This document shows, one piece after another, positions 41,835 to 51,356 of a stretch of 64,000 nucleotides of DNA. Origin of the DNA: an uncultured Gemmatimonadales bacterium (GTDB lineage: Bacteria > Gemmatimonadota > Gemmatimonadetes > Gemmatimonadales > GWC2-71-9). Under the pieces are notes generated by a model. The model worked only from the letters and a program-made list of their open reading frames with translations, was not told the origin of the DNA and made no database searches. How positions within the stretch are numbered: position 1 is the stretch's first letter; every line of letters begins with the position of its first letter. Location of the stretch: contig CAWJIM010000002.1 in assembly GCA_963842945.1 (NCBI GenBank), positions 224,001-288,000 on the forward strand. The letters are read 5' to 3'. A program made the position numbers and the translations under genes.

Positions 41835-42284
41835 ATGCAGGGCGTATCAGCGTACCGCCACCAGTCAGCCGAGATGGACCTGCAGCGTACTCATGGCATC
41901 CTGGCAGAGGCTGACGCCGAGTCGCCTCTGATTGTCATCGTAGACGATGACTCCTCCTTCCGAACCGCGATCTCCCGGCTCCTGCGCCTCTGGGGCTTCC
42001 GCATCGAGAGCTTTGGTTCCGCGGAGGAGTTTCTTCAGCACCGCACCGGGGCACACTGCATCATTCTCGATTTGCACCTCGGAGGGATGAGCGGGTTGGA
42101 GCTGCAGACCCGCCTGGCCGAGGATGGCCGGCAGGTTCCGATCGTGTTCGTGACCGCGGTGGAGGATCCGATGGTGCGCCGAAGGGCGCTCGATGCGGGG
42201 GCAGCTGCCTATCTGGAGAAGCCGTTTGACGAGCGCCGGCTGCTGGACGTTCTCTTGAGCGTCATCGACTATCGCCCGGAGTGA
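41835..42284 (+). CDS. Single-domain response regulator (FixJ-type receiver)
   Basis: IVDDD, ILDLHL..MSG, YLEKPF. Confidence 0.88.
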   Translation: MQGVSAYRHQSAEMDLQRTHGILAEADAESPLIVIVDDDSSFRTAISRLLRLWGFRIESFGSAEEFLQHRTGAHCIILDLHLGGMSGLELQTRLAEDGRQVPIVFVTAVEDPMVRRRALDAGAAAYLEKPFDERRLLDVLLSVIDYRPE

Positions 42285-45262
42285 ATCACTGCTGAGTGGA
42301 TCTTGTTGGGGCGTCCGGCCGGATCGAGGGCCAGATGGAAGGTGGCGCCCCCAAATGGATTGTTGACCGCCCAAAGCCGGCCGCCATGAGCGTTGACGAT
42401 AGACCGGCAGATGGCGAGCCCCAGGCCCAGTCCGTTTGCCTTGGTCGTGAAGAAGGCGTCAAAGACCTGGTCGAGCCGCTCCGGAGGAATCCCGGTCCCT
42501 CGATCTTGCACCGTAAGCTCAACCCAACCGTCCGGGGTCATGCTGGTCGAGATGGTCAGCAGCCGGTGTTCCGCTGGTCTCCCCGCAACGGCATCACAGG
42601 CATTGCTGATCAGGTTCAAGATCACCTGCTGCAGCTCCACCCGATCTCCCAGCACCAGCGGCATGACCGGGATGAGCCGGATGTCGGTGGCTACCCTCCG
42701 CCGGATCAGCTCGCTGTGCAGCAGGTCCCTGACCTCTTCGATCACCTCGTTCAGATTCACTTCGGTTGTTCGCATCTCCCCCTTCTTCAGGAGAGCGCGC
42801 AGCCGGCCGATCACCTGACCCGCCCGGCGGTCATCGAACACGATGTCGTCCAGAATGGCGCGGACCTCGACCAGATCGGGAGCGTTTCGGCTCATGATCC
42901 GCTGGGCGGCCCGAGTGTTGGCCAGGATGGCGGCGAGCGGCTGATTCAGCTCATGGGCCAGGGCGCCGGACAGCTCGCCCAGTGAGGCCACCCGGCCCAG
43001 ATGGGCCAGCTCGCGGCGCTGGGCCTCCGCCGCCACTTCGGCCTGCTTCCGTTCAGTCACGTCCCGCACGTTGACGATGAAGCATTGCTCGCCGGCCATT
43101 TCCATGGTGTCGGCGACCAGGAGGACCTGGAGAATTTCTCCGGAGCCGGTTCGCAGCTCCATCTCGAATTCGTGGAGAAATCCCTCAGCTTCGAGCTGCT
43201 GCTGGGCGATGCTGAGCTGGCACTCGTCCACGATCATGTTCAGCTCTTCGCCGGTGCGCCCCACCACGTCCTTCCGGGAAAGCCCGAACATCATCTCCCA
43301 CTTTTCATTCACCTCCACCACCCGATAATCGCCCTGGCGAACGATGGCGATGCCGTGGGGACTGGAATGAAAGGCCTTGCCGAAACGCTCTTCCGAGCTT
43401 CGAAGCGCTTGCTCGGCGGTAATCCGGTCCGCGATCTCCGCCTCGAGCGCCACCACCGCCGCAGACAGGTCGGCGGTGCGATCTACCACCCGCGATTCCA
43501 GCTGTTGCTGGGTATCCCGCAGCTCCTGCTCCACGCGCTTCTGGTCCTCAATGTCGGTACAGGAGCCGTACCAGCGGATGATGGCGCCCGACTCATCGCG
43601 AACCGGATGGGCCCTGGCCAGATGCCAGCGATATTCTCCGGTATTGGCGACTAGAAGCCGGTGCTCGACCTCACACGGTTCCCCGGTGGCCACGGAGTGG
43701 AGCCAGGCGTCCCGGGTCTCTTGCTGGTCCTCGGGATGGGTCATAGAGAGCCAGCTCTGATCCGTAATGACGGACTCAGCGGCCCCGGTCATCTGGTACC
43801 AGCGCTGGTTGAAGGATTCCAGCCGCCCCTCGGCCGTGGCGGTCCACACGATCTGGGGCATGGCGTTCGCCATTTCCCTGAGGCGCCCCTCGCTTTCGCG
43901 CAGCGCCTCCTCCTCCCGCCGCATAGCCTCCGCGTTTTTCTGCTGGGTGATGTCCACGTTTACACCCAGCATTCGCGTCGGCCGCCCGGACCCATCGTAC
44001 AGCGTCTTTCCCTTCCCCAGGATCCAGCGCGGCTCCGAACCGGACTGAATTACCCGAAACTCACACTCGTATGGCCTGCCCTCATCCCGCGCGCCGAGAA
44101 TTGCCGTCTGCACCCGGAGCCGATCCTCCGGGACGATGGCATTTAGGAAAGCACCCAAGGAGACGTCCGGGCCTTCGCCGTATAGGCCCATCATCTGCTT
44201 GGATTTTTCCGACCACCGCCCCGCGTCCTGCCCGATCCGCCACTCCCAGGTGCCGAGCTGCGCCGCGCCCAGAGTCAGGTTGAGCCGTTCCTCGTTCTCC
44301 CGCGACCTTACCTCCATGTCCCGGCGCTCTTCGATCACCGCGGCCAGCATCAGAAGCGGAACGGAGAACACGATCATGAAGAGCTGGATGGTCAGCGCGT
44401 TCTCCGCCGGCGAGCTGGTTAGGAAGGGGCCACGGCCGTGCACCGCTCCCCAGATTGCCCAGGCCGTGACGATCAGGAGGAAGCTGCTGGTTCCCCGGGC
44501 TCCGGCCCGGACGGCCGCCCAGAGGACAAAGGGCAGCGGAACGTACGGGAGAATGGGCGACGTGCTGAAGCCTGCCTGCTCTCCATTGAAGACCAGGGCT
44601 GACGCTAGCAGGAGACCTGCGGTGAGGAGCGCGATCTCCAGCTGACGCGCGCTCGAAGCCAGCCGCAGATCGGCAAAGCCCTCGGTGCTCCAGCTGACGA
44701 TCACCGGCACCAGGGTCAATGACGCGAGCACGTTGGAGAACAGCCGGGTGCGCCAGAGCTCCCAGAAGCCGCTCTCCGCGGCGTGATTGAGCGTGACGAC
44801 GCCCGCATCCAGAAAGCAGGACACGAACGTTCCCACGAACGCGGCCCCAAAAATGAACACGCCTACGTGGTGCGAGCGATCGAAGCGAAGCTCCCCCTTG
44901 ACGAGATGCCGCACGATGGCGGCCCCGATCAGCGCCTCGCTGCAGTTGCTGATGTACCAGCCCAGGACCATTGCGGGAGGAAACCCGAGCGGGAGCTGAA
45001 CGGCGAGGTGGGCGGGAAGTGCGCCGAGCAACACCAGCCACCACGACCGGGTCGGCGTGAGGAGCAGCGCCGCCAGAACGATCGAGTTGGGCGGCCATAG
45101 GGTGGAGATGGGACTGGGCTTGAGGGTCAGCGCAAAGCCGAGCTTGGCGCCGAGATAATACGCCAGGCAGACGAGCAACGCCGCCTTGAGCGCCTTGCGC
45201 TCCGGAAAAGCCGGAGCGTGCAGGGCGATCTTGGGTAGGGTGGTATCGCTGAAGTGACTCAC
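42269..45262 (-). CDS. MASE1-PASx3-HisKA-HATPase sensor kinase (FixL/NodV-like)
   Basis: LWPPN MASE1 region, three PAS/PAC, LAHELNQPL, FFTTK..GLGLGL. Confidence 0.93.
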   Translation of the reverse strand: MSHFSDTTLPKIALHAPAFPERKALKAALLVCLAYYLGAKLGFALTLKPSPISTLWPPNSIVLAALLLTPTRSWWLVLLGALPAHLAVQLPLGFPPAMVLGWYISNCSEALIGAAIVRHLVKGELRFDRSHHVGVFIFGAAFVGTFVSCFLDAGVVTLNHAAESGFWELWRTRLFSNVLASLTLVPVIVSWSTEGFADLRLASSARQLEIALLTAGLLLASALVFNGEQAGFSTSPILPYVPLPFVLWAAVRAGARGTSSFLLIVTAWAIWGAVHGRGPFLTSSPAENALTIQLFMIVFSVPLLMLAAVIEERRDMEVRSRENEERLNLTLGAAQLGTWEWRIGQDAGRWSEKSKQMMGLYGEGPDVSLGAFLNAIVPEDRLRVQTAILGARDEGRPYECEFRVIQSGSEPRWILGKGKTLYDGSGRPTRMLGVNVDITQQKNAEAMRREEEALRESEGRLREMANAMPQIVWTATAEGRLESFNQRWYQMTGAAESVITDQSWLSMTHPEDQQETRDAWLHSVATGEPCEVEHRLLVANTGEYRWHLARAHPVRDESGAIIRWYGSCTDIEDQKRVEQELRDTQQQLESRVVDRTADLSAAVVALEAEIADRITAEQALRSSEERFGKAFHSSPHGIAIVRQGDYRVVEVNEKWEMMFGLSRKDVVGRTGEELNMIVDECQLSIAQQQLEAEGFLHEFEMELRTGSGEILQVLLVADTMEMAGEQCFIVNVRDVTERKQAEVAAEAQRRELAHLGRVASLGELSGALAHELNQPLAAILANTRAAQRIMSRNAPDLVEVRAILDDIVFDDRRAGQVIGRLRALLKKGEMRTTEVNLNEVIEEVRDLLHSELIRRRVATDIRLIPVMPLVLGDRVELQQVILNLISNACDAVAGRPAEHRLLTISTSMTPDGWVELTVQDRGTGIPPERLDQVFDAFFTTKANGLGLGLAICRSIVNAHGGRLWAVNNPFGGATFHLALDPAGRPNKIHSAVIHSGR

Positions 45263-45367
45263 AGCGGATCTGCGGCTCAGCCCGGACCTCTCTCTGGTTG
45301 AACCAAGTATGGGCAGACGTGCCCAAGCTCGCCAGTGAACCAGGCCTTCGGAGCTGAGCTGGCTTAG

Positions 45368-45380
45368 CCTAAAGTGCAGT
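45368..45380 (+). promoter_or_regulatory. Motif B copy 3 (no downstream + strand CDS)
   Basis: CCTAAAGTGCAGT, with TACCAT/CATGTT 22-25 nt downstream. Confidence 0.45.
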
Positions 45381-45598
45381 AATCTGCCGGGGAGACCGGG
45401 CTACCATGTTCTAACTACCCGACTTAGCCCGGGTCGGCGCAGGCTCGCCTCTCATCGGGCGTAATCATCACCGAGTCGGCAACGGACAAAATCGCTGAAC
45501 TCGCCAATGATCGGGATGGCTATTCCGGGATGATCGGGAGAAGCCGCGCGCGGCCGCCGAGGCCCTCAAAAAGCCAGGTGACCAGCCGACTGCTTCAA

Positions 45599-46318
45599 TT
45601 ACTGTCGCGCAGACTTATAGAGATCGAGCCGTTTGTTGACCAGGGCCTCCTCCTGCCGCGCCAGCTCATGGGCCAATTTCCGGTACTTCAGTTGTGACTC
45701 GAGAGTCTGCTGCTCCAGTTGCCGAACGATGACCTCCGAGCTCTCCTTGGAAAGCGGCTTGCCGCCTGCTACCTGGCCATTGCCGGAGCGGGCGAGGGCC
45801 AACTGTTGCTCCAGGTCAATCGACTGCTGCCGGGCGAAGCCGGTGAGGCTTGCCTGACGGGCAGCGTCCAGCTCGGCGTGATCTGCGCTCTCCAGCTGTT
45901 CCGCCCAGCGCTTCTCCCGTTCCAGCGCCTTCTTCTCGGTTTCCAGGCGTCGTTTGTCGGAATCGCGTTTCTCCTTTTTCGCCTGCTCGATTTTTACCTC
46001 GATCTCACGCAGATCGAGTCTCCGTTGGTCCACCAGCGCCTTCGACCGGAATTGGGTCTCCTTGGCACGCGAAAGCCGGGCATCGAACCGTCGGAGATCC
46101 TGGTGTGAAGCCGACAGGGCCTCTTGAAGCTGGGCCTCCGACCGGGTCGGGAGTACGATGGTGCCGGCCTTGGCTTGCGACACGGCGGCGGCAGGGGCCG
46201 AGACTGGGGGCACAGGGGCATATCCCTGGGCCGCAGTTTGGGCGGTGTCTTTACTGGCTTCCTGGGCGCCAAGCCGTGCCGCGACGCCGAACAGCAAGGC
46301 TGCCGCGAGCATGCGCAT
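45599..46318 (-). CDS. Secreted coiled-coil hypothetical protein
   Basis: RBS GGAGG, signal peptide LGA-Q, E/K/R/Q heptads. Confidence 0.75.
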   Translation of the reverse strand: MRMLAAALLFGVAARLGAQEASKDTAQTAAQGYAPVPPVSAPAAAVSQAKAGTIVLPTRSEAQLQEALSASHQDLRRFDARLSRAKETQFRSKALVDQRRLDLREIEVKIEQAKKEKRDSDKRRLETEKKALEREKRWAEQLESADHAELDAARQASLTGFARQQSIDLEQQLALARSGNGQVAGGKPLSKESSEVIVRQLEQQTLESQLKYRKLAHELARQEEALVNKRLDLYKSARQ

Positions 46319-46388
46319 ACGACCTCCGGTGTGTCGGACAGTGAAATGGGGCTGGGTAGACGCTAGGACCGCCGGGGAACAGCGGAAA

Positions 46389-46404
46389 CTGGTATTTCTG
46401 ACAG
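46389..46404 (-). promoter_or_regulatory. CTG-N10-CAG box 10
   Basis: Minus strand CTGTCAGAAATACCAG-TTTCCG-N17-TAGCGT; core identical to box 8. Confidence 0.82.
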
Positions 46405-46530
46405 GCCGCATCTGCCCGCTGCAAATGGTCACATCCAATTGCCGCTAAGTCGAGGAGCTCCCGGACCTCGTAGATGAACTTTCGCTCAGGTCGAGCGGAC
46501 GCAAGCCGCAGAAGTGCCAACCTGGCCTAG

Positions 46531-46543
46531 CCCAAGGTCCAGT
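46531..46543 (+). promoter_or_regulatory. Motif B copy 4 (upstream of tamB)
   Basis: CCCAAGGTCCAGT, with TAACCT 23 nt downstream. Confidence 0.6.
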
Positions 46544-46622
46544 ACCATCGCATTTTGGTGAGGTCTAACCTCGAATTTCACTCTCATCCTCCGGCTCCCT
46601 CCGGAAACGCGGAGGCGCATCC

Positions 46623-49600
46623 GTGTTCCGCATCCTCCGCCGAGTTGTGCTCTTCGGGTTCCTAGGCGGAGCTTTCCTGCTGCTGATCCTGCTACTGGTG
46701 CTCCGCGCCGGTGCCGACGCGCGCCTGATCAATTCCGTGTTGCGCTCGGTCATCCCCGGGGCCACCACGTCAGTAGCCGACGTATCCGGCAATTATTTCT
46801 CGCGTCTTAAACTTCTGGACATCCGGATTGTGCGGCAGGACGGTGTCGTGCTGCTGCGCTGCGACACGGCCAGCATCGGGTATGAGCTCCTGCCGCTGCT
46901 GTCTGGCAAGGTCGTCATCAACCGAGTTGCTCTGGGAGGGCCGCGGCTGGTTCTCGCGGAATCTCCCGAAGGCTCCTGGAATCCGATGCCCCCGTCTGGC
47001 CCCAAACCCCCATCAGCCAAGTCGAAATCTTTTCCAGCAATTACGGTGGAGCAGTTTTCCATCATACGCGGGTCTGCCGAATTTCGCTCCCCACGGTCGG
47101 AGCAGCCGCTGGAAGTTCGCTTCAATGCGGCAGGGGCACTGGTTGACCGGCGCCTCACTGTCGATCGATTCCAGCTCGAGTCTGATTCCAGCGCTGTGCT
47201 CGCCAAGGGAGCGATCACCTTCCCGAGACCCGGCGAGCGACTAAATCTGCACGAGCTCAGCGTCAACCTCGGGGCCCAGCCGCTCGCAGTCCGGGATGTT
47301 CGAACCTTTGTCTCCCAGCCCGACCTGAACGGCACGGTCAGGCTGCAGGGGCGTTTGGAGGGAGATGGCAATCACTCTACCGTCACGCTAGAGACTTCGA
47401 TTCGGAACCTCCGAGGAGGACCGATAAGCAGACTCTCGCCGCAACCTGTCGACGGACTCATCGCGGTCAACTTCTCGGGCCAGCGCCTCTCCGACATGAC
47501 TGGCCACGCGCGGGTCGAGCTCTCCAATCAGAAGCGGAGAGTGACGGCGCAAGTCCAACTCGCCGGCGGCCAGGCACAGCTCGAGCTCCGCGGCAATCTC
47601 GGCGTAGCCCTTGCCCAGATGAGTGGCTGGATAAGGCCATTCGATTCCCTTCCGAGCTACGATCTCCAGGGTCAATCGCGTCCCGTTAAGAAGGTGACTC
47701 CGCCGAAGGGAGACAAATGGCTCAACCCTTGGAACCGGACCATAGCCGTCAGGGCCCAGGGCCGTGGACTGCCGCCGCACCATGCGGTGGGCCGAGCAAC
47801 CGTCCGTGTCGGACCGGTACGCGCGGGAGCGACGCTGCTCGATTCCGGCGTAGTTGACCTTCGTCTCAATGGCGCAGTGGCGCTGTTCGCGGCAAAGGCG
47901 GGCTTAAGCCGCGGAATGGTGGAGGCACACGGGAAGGCTCGTTGGGGCTCCGGAGCGGAGCTGTGGATTCAACGCGGGAGTATTGCCAACCTGGACCTCG
48001 CCGCCATTCTGGGCGACTCGGCATGGCAGCGCATCCAGGGCAACTTCTCGCTCAACGTGGCCAGTAAGAATGGAGGCCTGCGATTCAGCACGCGGTCACA
48101 TCTGAATGATGCCGACCTCGAGCTACGAGCCGTCTCCCGGTCCAAGGGCAGCGAGCGGAGTCTCACCATTCGGCAGCTCGCCTTCGACCACCTGGATTTT
48201 TCGCGCTTCCGGTCTCACGAGCCCGTCAGCGATCTCAATGGCGACCTCCGGCTGCACGCTGCCGGAAGGAGTCTACGTACAGCTGTGGCCACCGTATCGG
48301 TGCGTCTCAACCCAAGTCGACTCGACCGATTCGATCTGGAGCGGCTGATTCTGGAAGCCGGCCTGAAAGGCGGCGCCGCTCGGGCTCAGGGCCAAGTGGC
48401 TACTCCGGCAGGACAGCTCAGCTTCGCCGGCGGCGTGCGCCCCTTCGACAGTGTGCCGAGCTACGATCTCCGGCAGCTTGATTTCAGCGACCTGGACCTG
48501 GGCCGGCTGCTCCAAAAGAAGGATCTGTCCACTCGCCTCACGGGATCGTTCACCTCGGAGGGCAGAGGAAAGACCCTCCGCGATGCCGAGCTCAAGGGAA
48601 CTCTCGAGCTAAGGCAGTCTCTCGCCGGTCGCGCCCGAATCTCACACGGCCGGGTCGAAGCCAATCTCAAGGGGGGCGAAGTCGATCTGGTGGGGTCCCT
48701 GCATGGCGAGCACGACAGCCTCCTGATTGGGGCTGCGGTATCGCCCTTTGAGGAGCATCCTCCGGTCAAGCTGGTGACCCGTCTCCCATTTGCCGAGATA
48801 GCGGCATTTCTCCAGCCAGACAGTGTACCTGATGCAGAAGGCGCGGCGTATCTCGCGCTCTCGGGAACACTGGGCCGTCCCGACAGCATGCGGCTGCAGG
48901 CAGAGCTGGAGGCCGACGGCCGGCTCGGTGACGTGAAGCTGGATTCGCTGAAGGCCAGACTTCGCCTGCGGGACGGCGTGGTCGAGGTGGACAGCCTCGC
49001 GCTCGAGAGCAACGTGGGAGTCGCGACTGCTGCCGGCGTCATGGGGTTGTTCGGCGCTGCGCAGTCGGCTCCGGCCGGACTCCGCCTCCGCGCCAGACTG
49101 GATAGCCTGGCCCCTCTGGTCCCATTCATCGGAACCGACCTCGGTCTGGATTCGGGACGCATCGATCTCACGGCGGGAGGAAGCAGGAACCGTCTGCGCC
49201 TGACCTTGAGCTTGGCAGCGAACGGATTGACCAGAGGCACGCAAAAGCTGGATCAGCTCACGGCAACTGTGGCTGCACGTCTGGAGAAGAATCACCCCTC
49301 CTCAGGCATGGCCCGGGTGACGGCTCGCGGGATACGAACCCGAAAGACTTCGGTTCAGTCCATTGAGGTTCGGGGCAGTTCGGCCGGGGGTGAGCTGGCG
49401 GTGAGAGGAGACGCGGTGATCGACTCCCGAAATAACCTGCGAGGGGTAGCGCGGCTCCGCCGCGAGCGGCAGGGACTTCGGGTGGAGCTGGACTCGCTGA
49501 ACGTCGTCACAAGCAAGCGTCCATGGGCATTGCGTCATCCGGTGGACATGCTCTTCGGGGACAGCATCCGGATAGATGACTTCGTGCTCGCCTCGGGAGC

Positions 49601-51356
49601 GCACCACTTGGCGGTAAACGGCGTCATCGACCGAAAAGGCGAGCAGGATTTCCAGGTAGACATCGATTCCTTGCGGATTCAGCCGATTGCGCACCTGCTC
49701 GGAGCGGGTCAGTTGGATGGCGAGCTCAACGCAATGGCGCACCTCAAGGGCCCTGCAGCGTCACCGGACCTCCAGGCCGAATGGGACGTTGCGGTGCGCT
49801 CCCGCGACCGCGACCTCGGCAGGGTGCGCGGACGAGCCGCGTGGACCACTGATGGATTGAGGATCGACGGCACAGTCGCGCCGCCGGAGAGTGACAGTCT
49901 GACGGTGAAGGGGCGGTTGCCCTTGTCCTTGACGCTCTCCTCGAGCGACTCCGGCAGCGGACTGATTGCGCGCATCCCGGGCGGCGAGCTGGTGCTCGAT
50001 GCGGTCGGTGACAACGTCGACATCAGCAAATTCCAGCCGCTCTTCAATCCCGAGAAGCTGCAGGTTGGGGGGCGGCTGGCCTTGAATGCCCACGCTCGGG
50101 GAAGCTTCGAGGCGCTGCGCCTGGCGGGAGACGTCGTAATGCGGAAGGCGGAGTTCAGGATCAGGCCCCTGGCCAAGTACCACGACGGCCTTCTCCGTCT
50201 CGCGCTGGAAGGCGAGGAGGCGCGGATAGTCGAGGGCCACTTCCAGTCAGGCGAAGGAGAAGCGACACTCGGCGGGAAGATCGGCTTCGACCGGTTTCCC
50301 CAGCTCACGCTGGATATCGGGGCAAAGCTCCAGAACTTCGCGGCGCTCGCGGATGACCAGCTTCGTGCCGGCGCGACCGGAGACGTGCACCTCGGCGGCA
50401 ACGTCAAGAACCCCCGCCTCTCCATCGCGGCCCGGCTGCAGAACACCGATTATTACCTCAAGGCCAAGAACCTCCAGACCTCCGCCGAAGCCGTCGAGCT
50501 GTCGCCCGAAGACCTCCGGATCCTGGAGGAGCGCTTCGGGCCGGAAGTCGTCGCTCAGTCGAAAAAAGTGAAGGGCCTTCTCCCGCCCTGGGGACTCGAC
50601 TGGAAGCTCACGCTGGGCGACAACGTCTGGCTCCGCCGGCGGAGCGATCCGGTGATGGCCGTCGAGCTCACCGGAAACCTCGAGGTCAGGAAGGAGCCGA
50701 ACCAAGTGCTCCAGGCCTTTGGAAAGATTGAGCCCGTGGTGGGACGCAGCTTCGTGCAACTGATGAGCCGGCGCTTCGATCTCAAATCCGGCGATGTAAC
50801 CCTCAACGGCCCCCTCAAGCAGGCCCGAGTCGGGCTGGAGGCGGAGTACCGAACCACCGAGGCCGGCGGCTCGACGCCGATCCTGATCATCGCCACCGTA
50901 AAATCGGACACCGGACTGGTGGTGCAACTCGACTCCCGGCCGGTCATGCGGGAAGCCGACATCATGTCCTATCTCACGACCGGGCGTCCGGCCAGCACCG
51001 ACCCAACGCTCCAGTCCGACGAGCAGGACGTTCTCGCTGCCGGCGCTGGACTCGCTGTCGGGGCAGCGCTCGGCAGCGTGGCGGGCAAGGCGGGGCAAAG
51101 TCTGGGGCTCGATGTGGTGCAAGTGCTCCAGGATCGCGAGGGCGGTCAGACGGTTGTTGCCGGCAAGTATGTCTCTGCCCCGCTCTATCTCGGCTTCCGC
51201 CAACCCATCGTCCCCGCATCCAGCAACTCCCGCTCGAGCAGCACCCAGCAGAACGCAGTGGAGCTGGAGATGGAATACGCTGCGCTGCGCGACATCCTGG
51301 TGAACCTGCAGGCGGGAGGGAGCGAGATGCGGGTCTTCCTCAAGCTGCGGCGGTAA
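46623..51356 (+). CDS. tamB: Translocation and assembly module TamB (AsmA-like, DUF490 C-terminus)
   Basis: 1577 aa, N-terminal TM, beta-rich; C-terminal DIMSYL.TG..LGLDVVQV..AGKYV; next to an Omp85 gene. Confidence 0.85.
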   Translation: MFRILRRVVLFGFLGGAFLLLILLLVLRAGADARLINSVLRSVIPGATTSVADVSGNYFSRLKLLDIRIVRQDGVVLLRCDTASIGYELLPLLSGKVVINRVALGGPRLVLAESPEGSWNPMPPSGPKPPSAKSKSFPAITVEQFSIIRGSAEFRSPRSEQPLEVRFNAAGALVDRRLTVDRFQLESDSSAVLAKGAITFPRPGERLNLHELSVNLGAQPLAVRDVRTFVSQPDLNGTVRLQGRLEGDGNHSTVTLETSIRNLRGGPISRLSPQPVDGLIAVNFSGQRLSDMTGHARVELSNQKRRVTAQVQLAGGQAQLELRGNLGVALAQMSGWIRPFDSLPSYDLQGQSRPVKKVTPPKGDKWLNPWNRTIAVRAQGRGLPPHHAVGRATVRVGPVRAGATLLDSGVVDLRLNGAVALFAAKAGLSRGMVEAHGKARWGSGAELWIQRGSIANLDLAAILGDSAWQRIQGNFSLNVASKNGGLRFSTRSHLNDADLELRAVSRSKGSERSLTIRQLAFDHLDFSRFRSHEPVSDLNGDLRLHAAGRSLRTAVATVSVRLNPSRLDRFDLERLILEAGLKGGAARAQGQVATPAGQLSFAGGVRPFDSVPSYDLRQLDFSDLDLGRLLQKKDLSTRLTGSFTSEGRGKTLRDAELKGTLELRQSLAGRARISHGRVEANLKGGEVDLVGSLHGEHDSLLIGAAVSPFEEHPPVKLVTRLPFAEIAAFLQPDSVPDAEGAAYLALSGTLGRPDSMRLQAELEADGRLGDVKLDSLKARLRLRDGVVEVDSLALESNVGVATAAGVMGLFGAAQSAPAGLRLRARLDSLAPLVPFIGTDLGLDSGRIDLTAGGSRNRLRLTLSLAANGLTRGTQKLDQLTATVAARLEKNHPSSGMARVTARGIRTRKTSVQSIEVRGSSAGGELAVRGDAVIDSRNNLRGVARLRRERQGLRVELDSLNVVTSKRPWALRHPVDMLFGDSIRIDDFVLASGAHHLAVNGVIDRKGEQDFQVDIDSLRIQPIAHLLGAGQLDGELNAMAHLKGPAASPDLQAEWDVAVRSRDRDLGRVRGRAAWTTDGLRIDGTVAPPESDSLTVKGRLPLSLTLSSSDSGSGLIARIPGGELVLDAVGDNVDISKFQPLFNPEKLQVGGRLALNAHARGSFEALRLAGDVVMRKAEFRIRPLAKYHDGLLRLALEGEEARIVEGHFQSGEGEATLGGKIGFDRFPQLTLDIGAKLQNFAALADDQLRAGATGDVHLGGNVKNPRLSIAARLQNTDYYLKAKNLQTSAEAVELSPEDLRILEERFGPEVVAQSKKVKGLLPPWGLDWKLTLGDNVWLRRRSDPVMAVELTGNLEVRKEPNQVLQAFGKIEPVVGRSFVQLMSRRFDLKSGDVTLNGPLKQARVGLEAEYRTTEAGGSTPILIIATVKSDTGLVVQLDSRPVMREADIMSYLTTGRPASTDPTLQSDEQDVLAAGAGLAVGAALGSVAGKAGQSLGLDVVQVLQDREGGQTVVAGKYVSAPLYLGFRQPIVPASSNSRSSSTQQNAVELEMEYAALRDILVNLQAGGSEMRVFLKLRR

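Noticed and set aside
15325..46404. CTG-N10-CAG boxes as LexA SOS boxes
   Set aside because: Targets are not DNA-repair genes, the spacer is not the AT-alternating SOS type, and the fixed position just upstream of -35 fits an activator. Not formally excluded without binding data.
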